Assembly: GCA_963663405.2 (NCBI GenBank)
Contig: CAXXSM010000157.1
Span: 1-13,369, forward strand
Direction of reading: 5' to 3'
Source: a bacterium
GTDB lineage: Bacteria > Hinthialibacterota > Hinthialibacteria > Hinthialibacterales > Hinthialibacteraceae
Length of the DNA: 13,369 nucleotides
Shown: piece by piece, positions 8,574-13,369 of the stretch
Numbering within the stretch: the first letter of the stretch is position 1
How the letters are laid out: each line of letters starts with the position of its first letter
The notes under the pieces: generated by a model
The model's input: the letters and a program-made list of their open reading frames with translations, nothing else
Databases searched by the model: none
What the model was told of the DNA's origin: nothing
Made by a program: the position numbers and the translations under genes

Positions 8574-9935
8574 ATGATATCAACAAAGGAATCTCCATCA
8601 TTTACAGCAACGCGCAACGCATGTAAGTTGTGCGCTCCACTCGGGGCCTGTCTTGCCTATCGTGGTGTTGAGCGGTGCGCGCCCATTTTACATGGCTCGC
8701 AGGGATGCGCGACGTATATCCGGCGCTACATGATCAGTCATTACAAAGAACCGATTGATATCGCATCCTCCAGTTTTGATGAATCGGCGGCTGTGTTTGG
8801 TGGTGAGGCGAATCTGTTCGCGGCGCTGGACAATGTGATTCGTCAATATCAACCCAAAATGATTGGCCTCGCCACAACCTGCCTTTCCGAAACAATCGGC
8901 GATGATGTCCGTATGTTTCTTCACAATTACCGATCGCAGCGGATGGAGACGGAACTCCCTATCATCGCGCATGTCTCTACACCCAGTTATGCGGGAACTC
9001 ATGCGGAAGGGTATTACGCGGCGATCCGGTCGATTGTGGAACCGCTGATTGATACGCCTTGTGTTGGGAATCATATTAACTTGATCCCCGGGATGTTTTC
9101 ACCTGCTGACATTCGGCATTGCAAAGAAATTCTTGACGATTTTGGACTGCCGTATGTTCTTCTTCCTGATTATTCCGACACACTCGACGGGCCGGCGTGG
9201 GATGAATATCAGCTCATCCCCGATGGTGGAACGTTGATTGACGATATCCAGCGCATGAGTGGCTCGAAGGCGACAATTGAATTCGGGAACGTTGATGGAA
9301 GATGTAAAACCGCTGGATCCTACTTGCTGGACCGGTATTCGATTCCTCAATATCAACTGGAATATCCAATCGGCGTTCAAGAGACCGATCAATTCTTCCA
9401 TACGCTTGAAACCATTGGTGGTAATCAAACACCGGAAAAACATAGAATGGAGCGCGGGCGATTGATCGACGCCTATACAGACGCGCATAAATACATTTTT
9501 GAAAAACGAGCGATTCTGTATGGCGAAGAAGATCTTGTCGCCTCAATGGCTGGATTTCTATTGGAGATTGGAATGATTCCTGTGTTGTGCGCCACTGGAG
9601 GAAATAGCGGGACATTACAAAAGCGAATCGAACGCGCGGCTGATAATTCCAAATCTGAAATCACCGTGATGGAAAATGTAGATTTTATGGAGATTGAAGA
9701 GATCGCTTCAGAATTACATCCGGATATTGTGATCGGGAATAGTAAAGGATTTAAACTGGCGAAGCGGTTAAATCTTCCCTTGGTTCGCATTGGATTTCCC
9801 ATTCACGATCGAATTGGCGGCGCGCGGATTTTGCACGTTGGGTACCGGGGAACACAACAGTTATTTGACCGGATCACTAACTCCATTATTGAAGCCAAAC
9901 AAGACGCTTCTGATGTCGGTTACTTTTACATGTAA
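8574..9935 (+). CDS. nifN: FeMo-cofactor scaffold subunit NifN
   Basis: ATRNACKLCAPLGA, HGSQGCATYIRRY, TTCLSETIGDD, STPSYAGTH, GFPIHDRIGG; NifK paralog located after nifE. Confidence 0.96.
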   Translation: MISTKESPSFTATRNACKLCAPLGACLAYRGVERCAPILHGSQGCATYIRRYMISHYKEPIDIASSSFDESAAVFGGEANLFAALDNVIRQYQPKMIGLATTCLSETIGDDVRMFLHNYRSQRMETELPIIAHVSTPSYAGTHAEGYYAAIRSIVEPLIDTPCVGNHINLIPGMFSPADIRHCKEILDDFGLPYVLLPDYSDTLDGPAWDEYQLIPDGGTLIDDIQRMSGSKATIEFGNVDGRCKTAGSYLLDRYSIPQYQLEYPIGVQETDQFFHTLETIGGNQTPEKHRMERGRLIDAYTDAHKYIFEKRAILYGEEDLVASMAGFLLEIGMIPVLCATGGNSGTLQKRIERAADNSKSEITVMENVDFMEIEEIASELHPDIVIGNSKGFKLAKRLNLPLVRIGFPIHDRIGGARILHVGYRGTQQLFDRITNSIIEAKQDASDVGYFYM

Positions 9936-9970
9936 GTTTTAAAGTGGAACACAGAGACAACAATTGAGGA

Positions 9971-11236
9971 ATGATTATGGGACTCGATACTTCACGGCAT
10001 CCATGTTTTAACGATGAGATTCGTCATCAATTCGGCCGCGTGCACTTACCGGTTGCGCCGAAGTGCAATATCCAGTGTAACTATTGCAACCGGAAATATG
10101 ACTGCGCCAATGAAAACCGACCGGGTGTCAGCAGCGCGGTCCTAGCGCCAAAACAGGCTATTCATTATTTAAAACGCGTAAAGGAGAAAGATGAACGGAT
10201 TGCTGTTGTTGGCATTGCAGGACCGGGAGACGCCTTCGCATCGCCGGAAGAAACGTTGGAAACGCTGCGGTTTGTGCGGGAGGAATATCCCGAAATGTTG
10301 TTGTGCGTGGCGACGAATGGTTTGAATCTGCCTCCCTATATAGACGAACTGGAGGCGCTGAATGTCAGTCATGTCACAATCACGATGAACGCGGTGGATC
10401 CAGCCATTGGCTCCAAGGTTTACGCATGGGTTCGCGATGGAAAAAAGATTCACCGCAAGGAAGCCGCCGCACAGATTCTATTGGAACGGCAATTAGAATC
10501 CATCCGTTTACTGAAAGAAAAAGGGATTTTAGTCAAAATCAATTCGATTTTGATTCCTTGTGTTAATGAAGATCATATTCAAGACATTGCAGAAACTGTC
10601 TCGGATCTAGGCGCTGACATTTTAAACTGCATTCCACTGTATTCTGTTGAAGGAACGCCTTTTGAAAGTATACCTTCTCCAACAAATGAAGAAGTAAAAT
10701 ACGTGCGTGAAGAAGCGGAAGCATATTTGCCACAAATGCGTCATTGCACGCGATGCCGGGCGGACGCGGTTGGATTATTGGGAGAGTTGCTGGTGGAAGA
10801 GACGGCCCAGTGTTTGCGTGAATCCAGCGCGCTTCCTCTCGATCCAAACGAGGACCGTCCCTATACCGCCGCAACCAGTCTGGAAGGTCTACTCGTGAAC
10901 CAACATTTGGGGGAAGCGTCGCAGGTGTTGATTTTCGCGCAAAGAGGAACCGAATATGAATTAATAGAAACAAGACCCACTCCACCGCCGGGTGGGGGTG
11001 ATCAACGATGGAAAGAACTGGCCAATCGCCTGCATGATTGCCGGGCGCTCCTCGCCCACAGCGCGGGAGACTCTCCGAGGAGGGTTTTAACAAGCGCAGG
11101 TGTGCGGGTAATCCTGATGGAGGGTCTCATTGAAGAAGGTCTAGAAGCGGTTTACCGGAATACAGAAATCCGTTCTCCACTGCGGGAACATCGCTGCGGC
11201 AGTGGATGCGCAGGAACGGGTACTGGATGTAATTAA
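9971..11236 (+). CDS. nifB: Radical SAM FeMo-cofactor biosynthesis protein NifB with C-terminal NifX-like domain
   Basis: HPCF, RVHLPVAPKCNIQCNYCNRKYDC (CxxxCxxC), ENRPGV, GIAGPGD, HCTRCRADAVG, then VNQHLGEA NifX-like domain. ATG 9977 is an equally likely start (SD GAGGA 9966-9970). Confidence 0.97.
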   Translation: MIMGLDTSRHPCFNDEIRHQFGRVHLPVAPKCNIQCNYCNRKYDCANENRPGVSSAVLAPKQAIHYLKRVKEKDERIAVVGIAGPGDAFASPEETLETLRFVREEYPEMLLCVATNGLNLPPYIDELEALNVSHVTITMNAVDPAIGSKVYAWVRDGKKIHRKEAAAQILLERQLESIRLLKEKGILVKINSILIPCVNEDHIQDIAETVSDLGADILNCIPLYSVEGTPFESIPSPTNEEVKYVREEAEAYLPQMRHCTRCRADAVGLLGELLVEETAQCLRESSALPLDPNEDRPYTAATSLEGLLVNQHLGEASQVLIFAQRGTEYELIETRPTPPPGGGDQRWKELANRLHDCRALLAHSAGDSPRRVLTSAGVRVILMEGLIEEGLEAVYRNTEIRSPLREHRCGSGCAGTGTGCN

Positions 11237-11273
11237 TACACAATCTAAATCACTAATTTATAGGAGAAAAGTC

Positions 11274-11576
11274 ATGGAAAAACCGGATTATCACATTTTT
11301 GTCTGCAATAGTTTTCGTGTCACAGGAGAACCACAAGGAACGTGTAACCGTAAGAATGCGGTGAGTCTTTTACAAACACTCGAAGAGGAAGTCGTTGACC
11401 GTGAGATCAACGCCGTTATAACGAGCACGGGATGTATGAAAATGTGCGATAAAGGCCCAATTATGGTTGTCTATCCACAAGGGTGGTGGTATGGCGAGAT
11501 GGACGAAGACAAGATCGACCAAGTGCTTGACGCGTTGGAAGAAGGCAACCCAGTTGAGGAACTAATGTTAAATTGA
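11274..11576 (+). CDS. Thioredoxin-like [2Fe-2S] ferredoxin, nif-associated, 100 aa
   Basis: MEKPDYHIFVCNSFR...GTC (C-x12-C), TGCMKMCDKGPIMVVYPQGWWYG (C-x3-C); SD AGGAG 11262-11266 supports ATG 11274 rather than 11202. Confidence 0.9.
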   Translation: MEKPDYHIFVCNSFRVTGEPQGTCNRKNAVSLLQTLEEEVVDREINAVITSTGCMKMCDKGPIMVVYPQGWWYGEMDEDKIDQVLDALEEGNPVEELMLN

Positions 11577-11611
11577 TAGTTTTCCTTTGAATCAAGAATA
11601 GGAGCGCGCTC

Positions 11612-12436
11612 ATGGTAACCGTAAAGCATAATGTAAAATGTAAGTTGTTTCATTGGTCAATATACATATTGATTTTGTGTCTAATTTCTGGATGTATGAA
11701 TTCTGACTCACCCGATGAACAAGCGGAGAATGATTCTGTATTGCTTTTCGCCGCTGCAAGCACAACAAATATTGTAGAAGAGGTTGTTAGTCTATTTGAA
11801 CGAGAAACAGGTATCTCAGTTCATCTCAATCTGACCAGCTCGTCCGCCCTTGCGCAGCAGATCGAATCTGGGGCGGATGCGTGCCTCTATTTTTCCGCTA
11901 ATGAAAAATGGATGAATTACTTGGATGAAAAAGGCTTTGTTGGCTCTAGGATTGATTTGTGCAGCAACCGCTTGGCCATTATTGTCCCTTCGAATTCTCC
12001 AATAAAAATCGATCAGCCTTCCGATTTGCTTTCTGATAAGATTGAGCACATCTCTCTAGCGGAAACAGAAGCCGCTCCCGCAGGCGTATACGCCCGGCAG
12101 GCGTTGACGAGTCTTGGTTTATGGGAAGCAGTCAAATCGAAGGTCGTTCAAGGAAGTGACGTCCGCCGGGCGTTGCTTTTTGTTGAACAAGGCGAAGCGG
12201 AAGCGGGGATTGTGTATACAACCGACGCGGCGATTACGGATAAAGTAAGGGTTGAGATTGTATTGGAATCCAATCTACATGATCCAGTCGTGTTTCCGCT
12301 CGCCTTATTGAAGAAAAAGATGAACGATGAAGCCTCACGTTTATTATATGAATATTTCTCATCAGAAACGGCAACAGGAATTTATACAAAATATGGATTT
12401 CTAGCTTTAAAAAACAAAAATCCGGAGCCGCGTTAA
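11612..12436 (+). CDS. modA: Molybdate ABC transporter substrate-binding protein ModA, probable lipoprotein
   Basis: FAAAS, SSSALAQQIESGA, APAGVYA, DVRRAL, GIVYTTDA; hydrophobic leader ending in LISG-C lipobox; SD AGGAG upstream. Confidence 0.92.
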   Translation: MVTVKHNVKCKLFHWSIYILILCLISGCMNSDSPDEQAENDSVLLFAAASTTNIVEEVVSLFERETGISVHLNLTSSSALAQQIESGADACLYFSANEKWMNYLDEKGFVGSRIDLCSNRLAIIVPSNSPIKIDQPSDLLSDKIEHISLAETEAAPAGVYARQALTSLGLWEAVKSKVVQGSDVRRALLFVEQGEAEAGIVYTTDAAITDKVRVEIVLESNLHDPVVFPLALLKKKMNDEASRLLYEYFSSETATGIYTKYGFLALKNKNPEPR

Positions 12437-13128
12437 TGATCGAAACGAGTGAATGGATAGCTATATGGATCAGTTTAAAAGCAGCCTCCGTTGCGGTGGC
12501 GGGGAGCCTACCATTAGCGATTATGGCGGGATACTTTTTAGCGCGCTGGGAAGGGCGCGGCAAAACTGTGATCGAAACAGTAATCAATATGCCATTGGTT
12601 CTCCCTCCAATTGTCACAGGATATCTTTTATTGTATTTCTTGGGGAAACAGAGCGCGGCGGGATTGTTTTTAGAACAAACATTGGAGATCCGGATTACGT
12701 TTACATGGTTGGGCGCTGCTGTAGCCGGAGCGGTCGTTGGTTTTCCATTAATGGTCCGCGCTATTCGGCTTTCGTTTCAATCAATTAATCCACGATTGGA
12801 AATGGCGGCTCTCGGTTTAGGCGCTTCTCCTTCCCGCGTTTTTTTTACGATCAGTTTGCCACTGGTCAAGCGGGGAGTGGTAACCGGCGCTGTGCTAGGA
12901 TTCGCTCGAAGTTTAGGAGAGTTTGGCGCGACAATGATGACCGCCGGCAATATCGAAGGTCAAACCCAAACGATCCCATTAGCAATCTTTTCCGAAGTCC
13001 AGCGGCCCGGCGGGATCGAACAAAGTTGGAGGCTTGTGTTGGTTTCAATTATAATCGCCAGCCTGGCATTGATTGCCAGCGAACGTTTGGATCGAAAGGA
13101 GAGGATCCATGGAGCGGATTCGTTTTAG
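12436..13128 (+). CDS. modB: Molybdate ABC transporter permease ModB
   Basis: ISLKAA, MPLVLPPIVTGYLLL, FPLMVRAIR, EAA-like loop LEMAALGLGAS, FARSLGEFGAT, TQTIPLAI; TAATG overlap with modA. Confidence 0.95.
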   Translation: MIETSEWIAIWISLKAASVAVAGSLPLAIMAGYFLARWEGRGKTVIETVINMPLVLPPIVTGYLLLYFLGKQSAAGLFLEQTLEIRITFTWLGAAVAGAVVGFPLMVRAIRLSFQSINPRLEMAALGLGASPSRVFFTISLPLVKRGVVTGAVLGFARSLGEFGATMMTAGNIEGQTQTIPLAIFSEVQRPGGIEQSWRLVLVSIIIASLALIASERLDRKERIHGADSF

Positions 13129-13369
13129 CGTTCATCATGTTTACACTACTGGTTTCGAATTGGACATTACGTTTGAATCCAATCATCAGGTGACTGCGTT
13201 GACCGGCCCTTCCGGCAGTGGGAAAACCAGCGCGCTCGAAATGATCGCTGGAATCAAAACTCCATGTAAAGGACGAATTGTAATTGATAACACAGTATTA
13301 TTCGATTCCATGCAGGGCGTGAATATCCCTCTTCACAAAAGACGGATTGGTATGGTTTTTATCAAGGAT
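13109..13369 (+). CDS. modC: Molybdate ABC transporter ATPase ModC, N-terminal part (truncated by window end)
   Basis: Manual translation: MERIRFSVHHVYTTGFELDITFESNHQVTALTGPSGSGKTSALEMIAGIKTPCKGRIVIDNTVLFDSMQGVNIPLHKRRIGMVF; Walker A GPSGSGKT; overlaps the modB end by 20 nt; SD AAGGAGAGG upstream. Confidence 0.9.
   Translation, partial: MERIRFSVHHVYTTGFELDITFESNHQVTALTGPSGSGKTSALEMIAGIKTPCKGRIVIDNTVLFDSMQGVNIPLHKRRIGMVFIKD

Noticed and set aside
8574-11236. Broken NifN-NifB fusion of the clostridial type
   Set aside because: nifN ends in a normal-looking GYFYM-stop and nifB has its own SD; no sign of a frameshifted linker.

Overview
Compact, near-complete Mo-nitrogenase (Group II / nifH cluster III-type) operon on the + strand: nifH-nifI1-nifI2-nifD-nifK-nifE-nifN-nifB, a thioredoxin-like [2Fe-2S] ferredoxin, then modA-modB-modC (modC runs off the right edge). 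It is preceded by a good sigma54 (-24/-12) promoter and an AT-rich region with candidate operator repeats. Divergently transcribed on the - strand is a Tat-signal, Cys-type arylsulfatase (1454 to the left edge) that the ORF track misses. nifH is split by an extra A in an A7 run and the sulfatase by a missing base in an A5 run; both are most simply homopolymer sequencing errors. The gene content is known biology and I see no clearly new protein system. The less ordinary elements are non-coding: a REP-like triple-hairpin element between nifE and nifN, a branched RNA structure between nifK and nifE, and non-canonical operator repeats upstream of nifH. The host may also be an under-studied sulfatase-carrying diazotroph (inference).
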